This document shows, one piece after another, positions 1 to 18,209 of a stretch of DNA of 64,000 nucleotides (positions within the stretch are counted from its first letter, which is position 1; every line of letters begins with the position of its first letter). The position numbers and the translations under genes are program-made. The DNA lies in assembly GCF_009914755.1 (NCBI RefSeq), contig NC_060934.1; one strand, given 5' to 3'. The notes under the pieces were generated by a model that was not told where the DNA came from, made no database searches, and saw nothing but the letters and a program-made list of their open reading frames with translations. The DNA is from the human T2T-CHM13v2.0 reference genome, Homo sapiens.

Positions 1-740
<740 letters not shown>

Positions 741-1534
741 GCCTACAGTTCTGAAGACCTTATCTTATAGTTAATTTTCCATATAACAACAGTGTTCTTC
801 TCTCAGAAAATGTAAAGCTTAAGGTCCCTTAATTGTGCCAGTAAATATTTGCTGAACATCCACCTTGTGCCAGGTATCTTTCTAAGCACTGAGATTACGG
901 TGAGGAATAAAATAGATGATATTTATAAGGTTGTCCTCAATGCAGCCTGCAATTTAAGGAAATTAATCCTGTGGCTTGATTTAAATCTCTGGCTTACCCT
1001 ATGCAACTGTTTAACTCAGCCTTCCCATACGAAATAAGACACTGTGGAATATAGTAATATAGTTGGAAACTAAATTTCAGTCCCTTTACTCTCTTCCTAG
1101 TTGCATTACCAAAGAGCTTTCAGTCTATAGAGCCTTCATCTTTATAGAGGGGACCCTATTTCCTGTTCTATTGAGCCACAGGTCTTCTGTGGGGAAAAAC
1201 ATTACATATCAATGTACATTTAAAATCATGACAGTAATGTGATTTATTCAAATATTTAGATATATATTTGTATTGAAAGTTCTTTAAACAGTGGAATTGT
1301 ATCTTCTACAGTCTTGCTCTCAATTTTTTCTTGGCAGGGCAAAGAGAATGAGGCCTTCCTTATCAAATGTGTGTGAGTGCTGCTTGCTGCCTGGTGGAGG
1401 ATACTGAACATAGAAATGTCATAACTGAAGATTCCCGAGGGTGGCATTGGTATATAAACGGCAGTGGAGAAACTCTGCTTTTGGTGAAGCTACCAAATCT
1501 GTGTGTGTATATCTAGCAAAAATATACCACATTA

Positions 1535-2310
1535 AAGGATATCAAATTTACCATTTTAAGCATATAGTACAGTAGCATTAAGTACATTTGCACTATAATC
1601 CAACCATCACCGCCATTCATCTTCAGAATTTTTTTCTTCCCAAACTGAAGCTCTGTACACATTAAACAATAACTCCCTATTTCCCCTTCCCTCCAGAGGG
1701 CTGTACATTTGGAAAACTGTTATGATTCAGTTTTCCAACCTCCATTCTACTTTTTGTCTCTAGAAATATGATTATGCTAGGCATAATACTTCCCATAAAC
1801 GGACTCATACAACCTATTTCCTTTTGTGTTTGGCTTGTGTCACTTAGCATGTTGTTTTCAAGGTTCTTTCATGTAGCATGTTTCAGAATTCCTCCTCTTT
1901 TAAGGCTGAATAATATTTCAATATGCCTATTTACCATATATTGTTTGTCCGTGCATCTATCAATGAGTATTTGGATTGTTTTGGGTATTATTAAGTAATG
2001 CTGCTATTAACATGGGTATACAGATATCTGCCCAAGTCTCTGCTTTCAATTCTTTGAGGCACGTGCTCAGCAGTGGCATTTCCAAGTCACGTGATAATTC
2101 TATATTTAGTGTTTTGAGGGATAGCCTTACTGTTTTCCACAGCAGCTGCACCATTTTACACTCCACCACCTATGTAGAGGATTCACATTTCTCCAATCTG
2201 CACCAATATTTATTTTCTGTTTTTTCGTTTGTTTGGTTGTTAGTTTTTTAATCACAGCCATGCTAATGGGTGTGAAGCGGTATCTCATTGTCATTCTGAC
2301 TTGCATTTCC
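1535..2310 (-). mobile_element. L1MB-like fragment (ORF2 C-terminus and 3'UTR)
   Basis: Minus-strand translation REMQVRMTMRYRFTPISMAVIKK resembles the L1 ORF2 C-terminal motif. Confidence 0.85.
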
Positions 2311-2397
2311 CTAAGACCAATTTGTTTCCGAACCAGGACAATTTTCAGCTCCCACCCTACCACTACTTTCCCCACTCCTGCACCCTCATTTCCTTGC

Positions 2398-2708
2398 TTT
2401 TTTTTTTTTTTTTTTTTTTGAGATGGATTCTCACTCTGTCGCCAAGGCTGGAGTCCAGTGGTGCGATTTCAACTCACTGCAACCTCCACCTCCTGGGTTC
2501 AAGCAATTCTTCTGTCTCCAAGCAATTCTCCTGTCTCAGGCTCCAGAGTAGCTAGGATTACAGGCGCACATCACCATGACTGTCTAATTTTTGTATTTTT
2601 AGTAGAGACAGGGTTTCACCATATGCCAGGCTGGTCTGTAACTCCTGACCCACCCGCCTCGGCCTCCCAAAGTGCTGAGATTATAGGCGTGAGCCACCGC
2701 GCCTGGCC
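2398..2708 (-). mobile_element. AluS with an internal 19-bp tandem duplication (2500-2537)
   Basis: Alu consensus match with poly(T). Confidence 0.9.
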
Positions 2709-4293
2709 TTCCTTCCTCTTTTAAATAAGTGGTAGCTGAAAGAGTCTAGACTCTTGAGTACATTTCCCGACTAGTCTCTGACTTTTTCACAAGAAAGTCA
2801 TTGTATGGCCACTCAAAGAAAACATTTTGATTATTCATATAATTTCACAGTGCCTGTGATAGCTCTGCTCAGCCCCTTTTTCTGAGGTGTGACATGCCAT
2901 CTGTCAAAGTGAGAACAGGAACCCTCCTTTCCTTCAAGCTGTTGTCCTGCACACAGAACAAGTGAAAGATACTGGAAAACCCTCTGTTGGATTCTAAAGT
3001 TCTTTTGACCTTAGCTTGAAAATAAAAAAGAATCAGGAAATATTTTCTTGCTGGGTTGGAGCCAATGACTCTTGGCCAGAAATAACTGTGTAGAGTTCCT
3101 CTCGGCTGGACCCATGAGGCCAGGCCTTCAGGGGAGGTCCTGGAGTAGGGGAGCATGGTGAGACCAGCGCCTCTCATCTGAGTGCATCCACTTGGAGGAG
3201 ATCTAGGGGAGGCTAGCTCCTTGAACTGAATCCTGTTTAGAGGAGGGGACCCAACTTGGGGAGAATTTTCTCTCCAAGCCCAGTGGGCAAGGCCTAGGAG
3301 CCGTAGCCTTCCTATCAGTTTATCCGAAAACCCTGATAGAAGTCAGCACATTTTTAAAAACACTTAAGTCCATTGTTTCCTTTTTGAGGGAGAAAAAAGT
3401 GCTAAAGAATGTTAAGCTCTTCTAGCAGCACTCTTACTCATAGCCAGATTGAATTTCTTTTTCCTTCATGGATTCCCTGAGGCATCATTATAATGAAAAA
3501 GTAGGCATCAGAAAAACACTTACCGGGTTGTGTCTGGAGAAAAAGTCACTTTTGGGACAACCCGTGTAAAAAATCTCTACACATTTTATTCTAATTACAG
3601 GTCTGCAAACCATTCTCATCTCCAGTGGATATTAGTGAACTACTGCCCCCTTGAAGGTCATGACCTTGGGCAACAGTAAGGGTTTGCCATCAAAAACAAG
3701 ACTAAAATAACACTGATGGCTGCTTTCAGGAGGTCTGAGATGAGAGCTAGAGTTCTCCTCCCTAGGGCCCCTACATGGATTTACTCATGAGTTTACACAC
3801 TTGAACTTCTCTGCCGTTTATCCTTAGGTATTGCCAGCTTCTCCCTTTTTGGCCTAGTCATTCTTTGTGTTTCTCATTCATTCCAGACTGCTCCCTTTTT
3901 TCTTTCTTCCTGTCTCAGTCAGCACAGGAGATAAAGGTTAACAGCGTTTTGAGTGTGACCTGTGAGGGAAATTGCTATTGTTTAATTCCAGTTTCTTGCC
4001 ATGGAGTTATTTACTTATCTTTCTATTAAATCCTCATAGCATGTTACTCCTTTTTCTTATGTTTTCACACAATGCCCTTTATTTCAACTGATTACTTGTT
4101 TTGATTTTCCTTAGCCTATCTTATTTTTGCATTTCCTAAGAGTCTTCCTGTGGCAGCACATTTCATAACCACTATTTGATTTGTAAATTTATCTTTGTGG
4201 ACCATCTTCCACTCCCAGATGATTACATGAACAAGTAGCTTGGTTGTAGACTTGTTCTTTAGAATACAGTGCCTTAGATTAAGATGAGAACTG

Positions 4294-4594
<301 letters not shown>

Positions 4595-6610
4595 TGAGAA
4601 CTGAACTGAGATGAAGACTTCTTTAACATAGTGCCATCTGGGAAAGGACCAGCATCTATGGGAATCAACTTTGACAGATGCAATGAGGTTTTGGGGGACA
4701 TCACTATGATTCATAATATGGTCATGTAATTGCTGGACAATGACATATTTTATTTTAGAACACTTTTAATTTTTCAATGAACTTCCTTTTAGATTTGGAG
4801 TTTGGTTTTTAGACCAACTCTGTGTGGTAGCTACAATAGGTCCAAACATTCTCATTTCCTAGATAAAGACACTGAATATAAAGATATAAGTGCACGTCCT
4901 CTATATGGGCACCTGTTATATTGTCTCACACATAGTTAAGGGTTTATTCATTTATCAGCAAACATCTATTTAGTTTCTATTGCCATATCAGGTACATTGG
5001 TAGGTGTCGGCGATAAAAAGAACAATACAGACAACAATAAAAAAATCACCTAATCGAAAGTGATCGATCAGTCTATTAGGGAATTAATAACAATAATGGT
5101 ATCGTAAGCATGTGTTTCAAACTCTTATTAATTTCATTGGTAGTGGAATAATGTGTCTGTTTAGCAAAATCCTACAGATTTTGTTATTAGGTAACAACTC
5201 ATAGCAAAAACCCACATGGAAAGCTGAGAGAACAGTAGGCAGAATTATTTTATTTGCTCTGTATGACTTTCAAAGACCTATGAAACTGATTATTTAAACA
5301 AATTCTAAAAGAGCATGTTCTGAAAGCCTGAAATACTTGTTAGAATGAATTATTCTTTCTCCTTCTAATGGACAAAGCAGGCCCTAAACAGGAGAATGCT
5401 AGTATTCTTCTTTGCTCTACTGTCTCAGGTCCCTGGGGAGGGGAGTTCCCAGTTATACACAGCACTCCCTCCACACATGTAAGATGCATTTAGTTCTTAT
5501 GTCAGAGCCCCCACTCTCCTACCTGCCATCTGGGCTGTCCTGTGTACTTACAGCCGTTTGTCACTCATCTCATATCTTTCCAATAGTGAATTTTTAAGTG
5601 GGGAATGGAGTCCAGGAAGAACACCATGAAGCTCAACAAGGGAGGAAGAGGGTCTGGATGATATCATCATTATGTCTCGATCTCCCTCAGTCTACCATAC
5701 AACTCCTGCCGAGGCTTCTAGAATATTCTGTTACTTCAGCTTGTTAGCCCATGTGATACAGAGATATTGCTCACTGTCCAAATGGTCACCCATAATGGAA
5801 AGCTGAGCCATACAGAAGGGACATTGCCCACAGGGATAAAGAGGGTACATGCAGGAAAAATCATCCTTATTTTCACCATATTCCATGTTGCTCCATTTTG
5901 TTGGATTGGTTATTTTTCTTTTTCTCTGTGCTCCAAAAATTATCAGGCCTCTCATCGACCCAAAGTGGCCTAGATTTGTTCTTATTTCTTTGACTGAGTG
6001 TCTCACAAAGTGATCTGACCTTTTACAAAACCTTTTGTCACTTGTTTGAGAAAAATCAAGAGAGCTAGCTCCATCTCCTGATAAAATGCCATGCTACAAT
6101 TATTTCATTGCCTGGGAAAGTGATTGAATCCCATAATAGAAGAAATAGCATCCACTTTTTAAAGAACTGGGCTGATGTTTTGAAAAGGTCAATTCTCTTC
6201 TGTGGAAAACTGCAAAAAATATCCAAATTCACATCTCACTTCACCTAGAGTCAGAACGTCTCTGCCATAAAAACCCAGACTGCAGAGCATCCAAGTCAAA
6301 GTGGGCTCAGGACCAGGAAAAATGTTACAGCTCTGCCATGAAGCCATGGTGAGCACGATTCCTGTGAGTCATTAAACCAAATAAATAATCATAATAGAAC
6401 CTTCTGTAGCTGTTCTCTAGTAGAACTTGCTTTATTTTTCAGTCCACTTCTATATAAGTTTGTAACTTCTTTTCATATCTGTTGTTTGAGGTAGGTAGAA
6501 TAGATATGGGGATAGTAAATTGCAAGTTTCCAGACAAGGAAACTGAGCTGATTTGCATAAAATTCAATGTTCAGCTCATAGCAGGACCAGGATCACTACT
6601 TTCTTTGCAG

Positions 6611-6613
<3 letters not shown>

Positions 6614-6663
<50 letters not shown>
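6614..6663. repeat. (TG)n microsatellite, about 24 units
   Basis: Read directly. Confidence 0.95.
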
Positions 6664-6667
<4 letters not shown>

Positions 6668-8819
6668 CACTTAGACCAGTTGGAGCCAGAAGCTGACATA
6701 TGCCAAACTGCTGTCCCTTTTGGTAACTATACGAAGTTGTCTTGGCTTTGTGTTCCAGAATCATTAACAAACACTTCTATGCTTTTCTACTTGAAACTAT
6801 AATTGTCAGTAAATAATTCAAAATATATCCAAAATTAAGATAAATATACTGATTTTTGATATTTAATACTTACCCTCTCCAATTATACAATTAATGCATC
6901 AGGAGAAAGAATTGCCATGTCTGAACCCCTGAAGTCATATGATACACTTAGACATCACAGTGACCTTCCACTTTTGGAATGTATGACTGGTCCATAAATT
7001 TAATTTTGAAGGAACTCAACATAGGAAAATATGTTGCTTTGTAAATGCATTATCTCGCTGTTAAAATACATCAAATAGCTTTTCTGTCATTCAGGTTTGT
7101 ATGTGACTTCCAATTTTTAAATTTTATTGTGATAATAATGAATTTGTAATATTTTATTCCTGATTGCAGGGGAAGCTTAGAAAGGATGCCATGTCTTTAC
7201 TGATTGATTAAGGCTGGTTTAAAGAAATCAAATATGTACCAAAATGATGAAATTTTCTTCACCTAAAAAGTCATCACTTTCAAAGCAAATATCCAGCTTC
7301 TCCTTCCTCTGTCTAATTGCCAGCCGCTAACCCCCTCCCCCATATCTTATTTTCCTTGATAACAGAAAAAGAGTGGAACCTTTAAAGAGTGTTTTAAACT
7401 GTATAACTGGCAGTACCGCTGTGCACTTTGTGCGCTTGGGCTGCCTTCTGACCCTCCACAGCTGAAAAATTATTTCTCCCTCATACTCTATGCCTCAGCA
7501 AAGCTCCATTCTCTCTGACTTGCCGGTTCTGGCACTGTCCAAGCACATTAGACCTGGTTGTCCCGCACTCTACCTTGAAATAGAAATTCTCATAGAGGAT
7601 GATTTTTCACTTCTGGTACCTGCCTGTAGGCATTTCTCACCACGCCTACATAGAACTACTCAAAGGAAAGGATATGTGTGGTGTGCGTATGTTGTGTTTT
7701 CTCTCTTTAATGGCATGGATGAAAAGAAGAGGATTTGCAGTATATTAGCACTGTTGGCGTCCAGATGGCTGCTATAAAAATAAAGACATGGCTGAGAATC
7801 AACAGAAAACTTCCATCCCATCAAGACGTCAACACTACCAGCACTGTCTGTGCTACTGAGTGCTTGCTGCAGCCACACCTACTAATGGACAAAGATGAGA
7901 AGTTGTGAGTGGGATTTTTGAGTCATCAGCTAGTTGATGATGGATTTAATGAGTCAGTGCAAACAAATCACTTTGGATTTTAATATGTACTGCTTTCAGC
8001 TTACATATCCTTGAGATATTGTTAGTCTCTGCCTGCTAAGAGATTCCAGTGGCCACAAAATCCATCTTTTTTTTCATATTTTCACTGCTGGAGTTGAGTC
8101 TCCACTCTCAGTTCCATTAACACTCGTCCTTTTGTTTGAAATAATCCCCTGCTTTTTGCTTCTTGCCTACCTTGTTCCACGTTAGGGCCTTCAGGAGTCA
8201 GAAATTTGTGTGATATAGGGGAGCGGGAGCCCCTGTATTCTGCATATTTTCATGGTTGCCCTAGTGTGAAAGCTTCATTGGCTAACTTGTGTGGTTTGCT
8301 TTGAATGTAAATTTCATAAACTTGTGTGTGTACATTGTTTGAAATACATTAAAATATGTTCATATCAAAGGATTTAATTTGATACTAAAATACTTTTGGA
8401 GGAAGATAGGAAAAGCATTGTTTCCATTTAAAGACAAGAAGACTAAGGCTTAGAGAATTCATGATCTTGTTCTTGAATTTTAGACTCCAAGTTCTAAGTC
8501 TATTTTTCCACATACTCACATTATTTTACTATATGTTTGTGTAATCCTGGAAAACTTACTGTTTGACTTGTTTCTTCCCAAAAGCAAGGGTGATTGGATG
8601 AAGGTCGGCCATAGGATGAAGGAAGGTGGTCCATAGGATAAGGAACAGAAAGTGGAGGCATTTAGTCTCAAATGTCTCTTAGTTACTATCAGGGAAACAA
8701 TAAAATTACAAAACAGCTATCTTCAGGGAGAATATAATTAAAGGTTATATTGCCACATCGTGCTCCACAGTGGGCAAGAGGGAGAATGCATCTAATATTT
8801 CTTGAGTTTCTCCCAGGTG

Positions 8820-8990
8820 TCATGTTAGACTCTGTTACATCATTACATTTACTTCTCACCAGAACTTTGTGAGTAGATTACTAGCCTCATTTTTAACAGA
8901 ATTACATACTGGTGCTCTATGAGTTTAATTAGCATGTGAAGGTCACACAAATAGTTAAGTGCCAGAGCCTTGATTTGAATCTGTCTTGTC
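8820..8990 (-). mobile_element. MIR fragment
   Basis: MIR core-like text (cctcatttttaacag...gaaggtcacacaaatagttaagtgccagagcc). Confidence 0.6.
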
Positions 8991-8991
8991 T

Positions 8992-9145
8992 TTTTTTTTA
9001 TTTAATTTTTAAAAATTTGTTAATTGATACATGATAGTTGTAAATATCTCAGGGGTCTGTGACATTTTGATACATGCATACAATATACAATGATCAAATC
9101 AGGGTAATTGGGATATCCATCACCTAAAACACTTAACTCTTCTTA
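8992..9145 (-). mobile_element. L1MA 3'-end fragment
   Basis: tgatacatgcatacaat...gatcaaatcagggtaattgggatatccatcacc is the typical L1MA 3' end. Confidence 0.8.
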
Positions 9146-9538
9146 TTGTTGGGACCCAAGTCTTTTCACTGCAAAGTCAATAGATGAGAGAGACCCAGCT
9201 GTAAGAAACAGATCATAGAAGCACAACAGAAACAGGCAGACACCTAGAGCAGCCAGAAAAAAAATACGGGTAACAGAGAGGTCTGCGCCTAATGACTGCC
9301 AATGAGGTCGCTGGTGGCATGTTCTCTTCTTGGGTCTGTACCTCTTTGTCCTCAGCATGCATTTGTCACATATCTATGTTTTATTTACTTATAGTTAGGG
9401 AATATCTTAAAATATTTTGACCCCTCCCAATATTTGACTATGGAAGAAATAGTTTAATCATATCTTTGTTTATCTGCCTATTTAATTCTCTATTTCAACA
9501 CTTAACTTTCTTTATACTGGGAGAAAAGCAAACATTAA

Positions 9539-9873
<335 letters not shown>

Positions 9874-10809
9874 TAGAGATTCATTTGAAAGCAATAATAT
9901 TTGCAGCACAATCTGAATTATAGAATGAAGTTAAAGGCGAAAGGAGGTGTTTTGATAGCATGAACTAAAAATTGAAGGAAAACTTGATGAAATATTCAGT
10001 GTTGGAAGGAAGATTACACAGAAGATGTGGGAGAGACCTTGGCATCTCTGATTTCCATGAAACCAATGAAGTATTTCATTAAGCTATCTAATGAAAACAA
10101 AAGAAAAATCTCTCAATTATACTAAAATCTTTCTTGTTTCGGAATGTTGTTACAACAACTTTTAGACTAAAATATTTTCCAACAATTTCTTGTGTGATAT
10201 TCCAATAGCTTCTCACATAAATCATGAGCTCTGTACCCACCCAGAAATAATAACAGAAAAAGGAACAAAAGTTCATATCACTAAGAGAAAAATAAATGGA
10301 ATCTGTTTTTCCATGAAAAATCTCCAGCCAATTTATGTCTCTGTGGAAAATATTTATCTGAAGTAAACAATCTCTAATATTTCCTTAAACATATTTTGTA
10401 ACCTCAATTGTAATATAAAGTATTTGAATCTCAAAGTGCCAATGATTGATTGTCTAAATATTTATTCTGTGCAATACACTCACAGAATTATTTTATTAAA
10501 TTGGGAATCTTAACAATGATTCATTGTAGGGCTTTCAGAAATTGCTCAGGATTATATTTGTGGAACCCACATTCAGCCCCCAGCATTCTGCTGCCATCAG
10601 ATTCAACCATCACCTTCAAATAATCGGTCACAGACAAGCTTTTGAAGAATATACTGCTCTGAGTATATATGGGCTTCCAACAATTTATGTTCTAAGGCAT
10701 CAATCTGAAGTTGAATTTCTTAGTATAAAAATCACCGCATTCTGAAGCATTCTATGCTTTCAAGATGAAAGGTGCTTCAGGATGCTTTAAATTCTTTGAT
10801 AAAACTAGC

Positions 10810-11030
10810 AATTAACATTTATTGTTCCTGTGCCCAGCACCATGCTAAATTATTCATATGCATATTTTTATTTAATCCTCATTGCAACCCTGTATGGTAG
10901 AGATCATCATTATTCCTCTTCTACCTATGAGGATACTTGATCTTAAAGGAGTTTAACAAAGTTACCTAAGGTACAAGGTAGAACCAGGATTTCAGCAAAT
11001 GCTATTCTGACCACAGAGACCAAGTTCTTG
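10810..11030 (-). mobile_element. MIR fragment
   Basis: tttaatcctcattgcaaccctgtatggtag... MIR core. Confidence 0.65.
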
Positions 11031-11175
11031 TACATTTCAATATACCCTCAGAAGAAAAAAAAAATACTGTAGTTTTTGGATAAGGGCCAGGTTCAGAAAA
11101 CATGAAGGCACTCATATGGAACACCATCTCTAACTGCCGGCTCTATTAAATTGGCCCCACTCTGTGATGTACACA

Positions 11176-11905
<730 letters not shown>

Positions 11906-12794
11906 TCTGTCTACTACAGATAATCAATTTAACTTATATAATTTTCTAATCATTACAGAGAGAAATTTGCATACTCCAAGTGGATTTCAGATAACCAAAA
12001 ATCTATAGAACTATGACCAATTTTTTTCTTTTATATTTTTCTCCATGAAGTTGTGTTTCCATGAATTATAAAACCTTAAGTGTAGGGGCTTCAAATTATT
12101 TTTCTGCATGTCCATGTAAGTAGACTCTAATAGAAACTTTGTAAATGTGTGTTGATTTCAATTAAATGTATTGAATAGATATTTGTTACATACCCACTGT
12201 GTGCATGACACTGGTTTCATTATGGGGTACACACAATATTTCTTCACAATTCCTGCATGTGCAATATATATACTTAAATTGAAAAGCCAAGAGAGGCACA
12301 TTAGAAACTAAGTACAACCAGTGTTCCTAGGTATAATTAACAAGTCAGCCAACTCCACTGCAAATGCACAGAAGAATTGGTGATGTTAGAAAAGATACTA
12401 CAGAAAAACAGGGCTTTCTGAAAAACTGGTAGAGTTTATGTGGACGGAAAGAGCAGGGGACCGCCTTCTGGCTAGGAGGTGGGGTGCTGGCCTTAGACAA
12501 GACTGTATAATACAACCTTAAAGGACACAGATCAAGCTGTGGCTGCTGACAGCTCATCAGTTCTATAGGCTAGCTACTGAAGAGTCTTTAAAAAGTTTTT
12601 AATTTAGTGGTGCTATCGTAAAACCAGTATTTTAAGAACATGATTTAGCAGAACTATTCAAGGTAGTTTAGAGGAGTAAAATATTCATGATGAAAGTCCA
12701 TACAAAAGGGCTAGGCTATTCCAAGCAATGGAAGTAATTAAGAAAGAACACCGGTGAAATCTTTTTCTTCTTGGTGATATAAAATGTGAGAAGT

Positions 12795-13083
12795 GGCTGG
12801 GCGTGGTAGCTCATGCCTGTAATCCCAGCACTTTGGGAGGCTGGGGCAGGTGGATTACCTGAGGTCTCGACCAGCCTGACCAATATGGTGAAACTCTATC
12901 TCTACTAAAAATACAAAAATTAGCCAGGCATGGTGGCTGGCGCCTGTAGTCCCAGCTATTTGGGAGGCTGAGGCAGGAGAATTGCTTGAATCTGGGATGG
13001 GGAGGTTATAGTGAGTCGAGATTGTGCCACTGTGCTCCAGCCTGGGCAACAGAGCAAGAGTCTGTCTCAGAAAAAAAAAAAAA
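12795..13083 (+). mobile_element. AluS
   Basis: Full Alu; TSD AAAATGTGAGAAGT. Confidence 0.95.
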
Positions 13084-14441
13084 TGTGAGAAGTACTTGTC
13101 TCTGCTAAGAAATGGGACTAAGTCATGGTGCTGAGGCATGTGGAGTTTAGAATGGTGATGGACCATCTGGACAGCAAAAAGATTAGTGAGTGACTGGTAG
13201 AAAGGAAATATGAATTGCAGATACAGGTTTATGTGTCAAATAAATGGAAATGAGTCATGAAGTTAAAAACCACTCATCTGTATTTAATACTAAGAATATG
13301 AAAAGGAATGAGGTAGGAGCAGACTGTTGGGTTCTAAATCTTTAGGAAATACTTATAGTTTATAAATTGGAAGCTTGAGAGAAAAATCCAGAAAAAGAAA
13401 GAAAAAAGGAAAAATAACAGGCAGGAGAATCTGGACTAAAAAGTGCTTCAGTTATCAAATGAGATCAGTTTCAAGAAATGAAATATAAGGTGGCTTTCAG
13501 TAGTTATTACTACAAAAGTTTCGCTTTCTATGATTTTTAAATCATCAATAAAATATTTTAAATTCAGAGGAAGTATAAAGACTCAAAGTTCTATTTTCAG
13601 GTTTGATATCAATCCACATTTTTAACACATTAAGTTGTATTTTCAGTAATACACCACCCCTCTTATATTCTGTGTGTTTATATTTGGCAAACTTATTAGG
13701 TTACAGTTGACTTCTAGTCCCATGCTGCTTCTGTTGGGAAATACAAAGCTTTCTAAGGGGAAATCTTGTATCTCCTTTGAATCCTATATTAGCTATGTCT
13801 GCTGCAAGTTCATTCTGCACTGCGATAGCATTGAGTTAAAAATGATCTTTTGACAAGACTTTTGTTTATTTAGACACTAAAGTGAACTAGGAGACAGCTT
13901 GTAATAGAATGCTGGCTATTACTTTTTTTATAGCATTCTATTACCAAAATACTATGGAAGTGAGGAATTTAGTTGATTTTTTTTTTTTTTTGGCAGATTC
14001 CAAGAAGGATTAAAAGCCATGTAGAATGTCTCTCACACTCCCAATTGAAGTAGGAGTGTTATTTGGAAGTGTTTTCCATTTACGGAAAACCAAAAATCCT
14101 CTAAATTCAGTCAATGTGTTTAGAACTTTGTTAAGCTTGAAGTTATGATTCTACTATAATCATGTGTCCTTTTTCTCTTTAGGATAATGAAGAAAAGTAA
14201 CAGAAAAATAACTTTTTTTTTCTTAGAGACTTGATAGAGATTTGTTTTAGGATTTTTAAGATTTTTGGCCAATTTGTTGGTGCAACATAAGAAAAGTGTT
14301 CAGGTTGAAGATATTCTGAAATCAAGTTATTCCTGCAGGAATGCAAATCAAATGTTGATTAAAAGTTGTTTGGATCACTGAGAAACAAAAGAAGAACTGA
14401 AACAACACATATATAGTAGTCATTGACAAGGAGATATACCT

Positions 14442-14765
<324 letters not shown>

Positions 14766-15523
14766 TAAATTCTGTATGGGCAAATTAAACCCATCACCTT
14801 GCCCCTTATATATCTGCTTCTTCATTTATCTAAGCATCTACACCAGCCTCACTCTTTGTCCTCATGCCCTTCACTACCCATGAGTCAATCTTTGCTGGAT
14901 GTGTCAATCTACCCCATCCTTGCTGTGCCTTCAATGCAGACATTTTCTCCTATTGCTCTGTCAGAATAAACTTATGAAGGCCAATCCTAGTGGCACCCTA
15001 ATAGATAAATATGAGCGGTTAAGCAAGAAGACCTGAGAAAATTATTGAGTGGCAAAATTTGATTATTCTGTGAAATCTGCTAAGAGGTAGAGAGAGTATC
15101 CCTTCCAACTCATCCTGCATAAAATACTCTTGCATTTAAACCTAGCTCAGATCTCTCTTCTGTGGATTTTCTGGGCCCCTTGAGTCCAAAGTGATGTTTT
15201 TCTATTCTGTGATTCCTGACAATTTGTTTGCATCACAACTGAAGGACCTACTATATTTGCCTTGATTGGCACACTTATAATACTCATGAGATGATAAGCT
15301 CTGAGGAAAGATCTGGCCCTTTTGATACTTTTTCCCTTCCATGTATAATATTATTTTTATAATCTATTAAGCACTCAATGTATTTTGATGAAATGGAATT
15401 GAAGCAACTTCTATATACTCTATCTTTTCATCTGTGAACTATGGTGGGTTCTTTGTTTAAAGTCCCTCTTATCCATAGGATTCTAGAATTCTATGATATG
15501 AATCTTCATCATTATTAGTATAG

Positions 15524-15841
<318 letters not shown>

Positions 15842-15893
15842 ACCTGTAAGTATATTTCTAACTGGATCGTGTCTACTTCTAAAAGAATGAGTA

Positions 15894-16190
<297 letters not shown>

Positions 16191-17057
16191 CGGGATGAGT
16201 AGGTCCATTCTGTTATATCTGGTCATTTGTGAATTTACTGTCTAACCTCCTCGATTCCTCTGTCTCCTCCATTCTCTCAACTCCTTTGTCTTTCCACCAC
16301 ATTGTCCCTCCAGCTTTGTATCAGCTTTCAGTTTCAGGCCACACTCTCCTCCTTCCTCCTAAGTCAAGGGTTCATGGATGTATCAAAGCCTTATTTGCTT
16401 GGCATCATCCTGGTATCACCTTCCTTTGCTCTGTCCCTTTCTCCCTGCTTCCTCCTGGCCCCCTTGTAACCTATAAATTCACTGACCTCACAGAAACTTC
16501 TGCATGATGACAAACCCCATTCTATGCTCACCATGTTTTTACCTGATATTCTCTATTATAAAAGTAGAGTAATTTTTAATATTTCTGTGAATAGTTGGGG
16601 AAGGCAGGCTTGTGGATTTGATGGGGGCCTTTTCAACCTCAGGGAATTCAACATCTGCTTTTCATAGGGTCCACGTTTTCCAAGGATGAGGTGTTGTGCT
16701 AGGCTCCATTAGGAATGGAGATAAAACCTGACACCTGGATCTTATCCTGAAGAAACTTATAATTTAATTGAAGAAAACCTGACATAAACAGAGACAACAT
16801 TTAAATACAAATAGCCAGCTAGTAGGCATCTGATAAAATGATAAAGGTGAAACAAAAAGAAACAGAGATAGGAAAGTTGTTAACTGCTAACTAACTTTTT
16901 AGCTTATGTGTGAAATACATCACTTAAATGTTCTCACCTTCATCTTTTAGTACTTTGAAGAAAGGCTTACATCCAGTTATCTGCTCATGCAATAACCCTC
17001 TAAGAACAGTGAAGTGTACAGGTTTTGAAAGCAAGGGTTGTAACCTTGTAGAAGGGT

Positions 17058-17559
<502 letters not shown>

Positions 17560-17619
17560 TAGAAGGGTCTTCTAATAATTTTTGTTATAGATTCAACAAT
17601 AACTTGGAACATTACTTAA

Positions 17620-18125
17620 AAATTAAAATTTCAAGCAGCCAACAAACATGAAATAATGCTCAACATCATGAATCATCAGAGAAATGCAAATTAAAACAAC
17701 AATGAGATGCCATCTTACACCAGTCAGAATGGCTATTATTAAAAAGTTAAAAACAACAACAACTACAACAACAGATGTTGGAGAGGATGTGGAGAAAAGG
17801 GAACACTTATACACTGCTGGTGGGAATGTAAATTTATACAGCCTCCATGGAGAACAGTATGGGAGATTTCTCAAAGAGCAAAATATAGAACTACCATTTG
17901 ATCCAGCAATCCCACTATTGGGTGTCCACCCAAAAGGAAATAAATGATTAGAACAAAAAGATACCTGCACTCATGTGTTTCTCACAGCACTATCCACAAT
18001 AGCAAAGTCATGAAATCAACTTCAGTGTCCATGAATGGATGATATTGGATACAGAAAATTTGATATCCATATCTGCAGACATACATCTACATATATACCA
18101 GGCATGCTAGTCAGCCATAAAATCT
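17620..18125 (+). mobile_element. L1MA/L1PB-like ORF2 C-terminal fragment
   Basis: Translation MQIKTTMRCHLTPVRMAIIKK...ELPFDPAIPLLGVHPK. Confidence 0.9.
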
Positions 18126-18209
18126 TGTTTTTCCTTAATGTGCACAAGACTCATTTCCACTGTCTACCCACAATTCTCTATAAAACAATTAAGGGTTGAT
18201 TGTTTCTGT

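Noticed and set aside
2500-2537. Short tandem duplications inside Alus (also near 22958-22989, 23964-23982 and 56940-56957)
   Set aside because: Ordinary slippage or end-joining microduplications.
3640-3660. CTCF-like TACTGCCCCCTTGAAGG
   Set aside because: Mismatches in the GTGG part of the core and no supporting context.
17684-17947. ORF with L1 ORF2 C-terminal motif (similar cases at 2127-2375 and 42780-43580)
   Set aside because: Short decayed L1 fragments; no intact ORF1 or ORF2, so not an active element.
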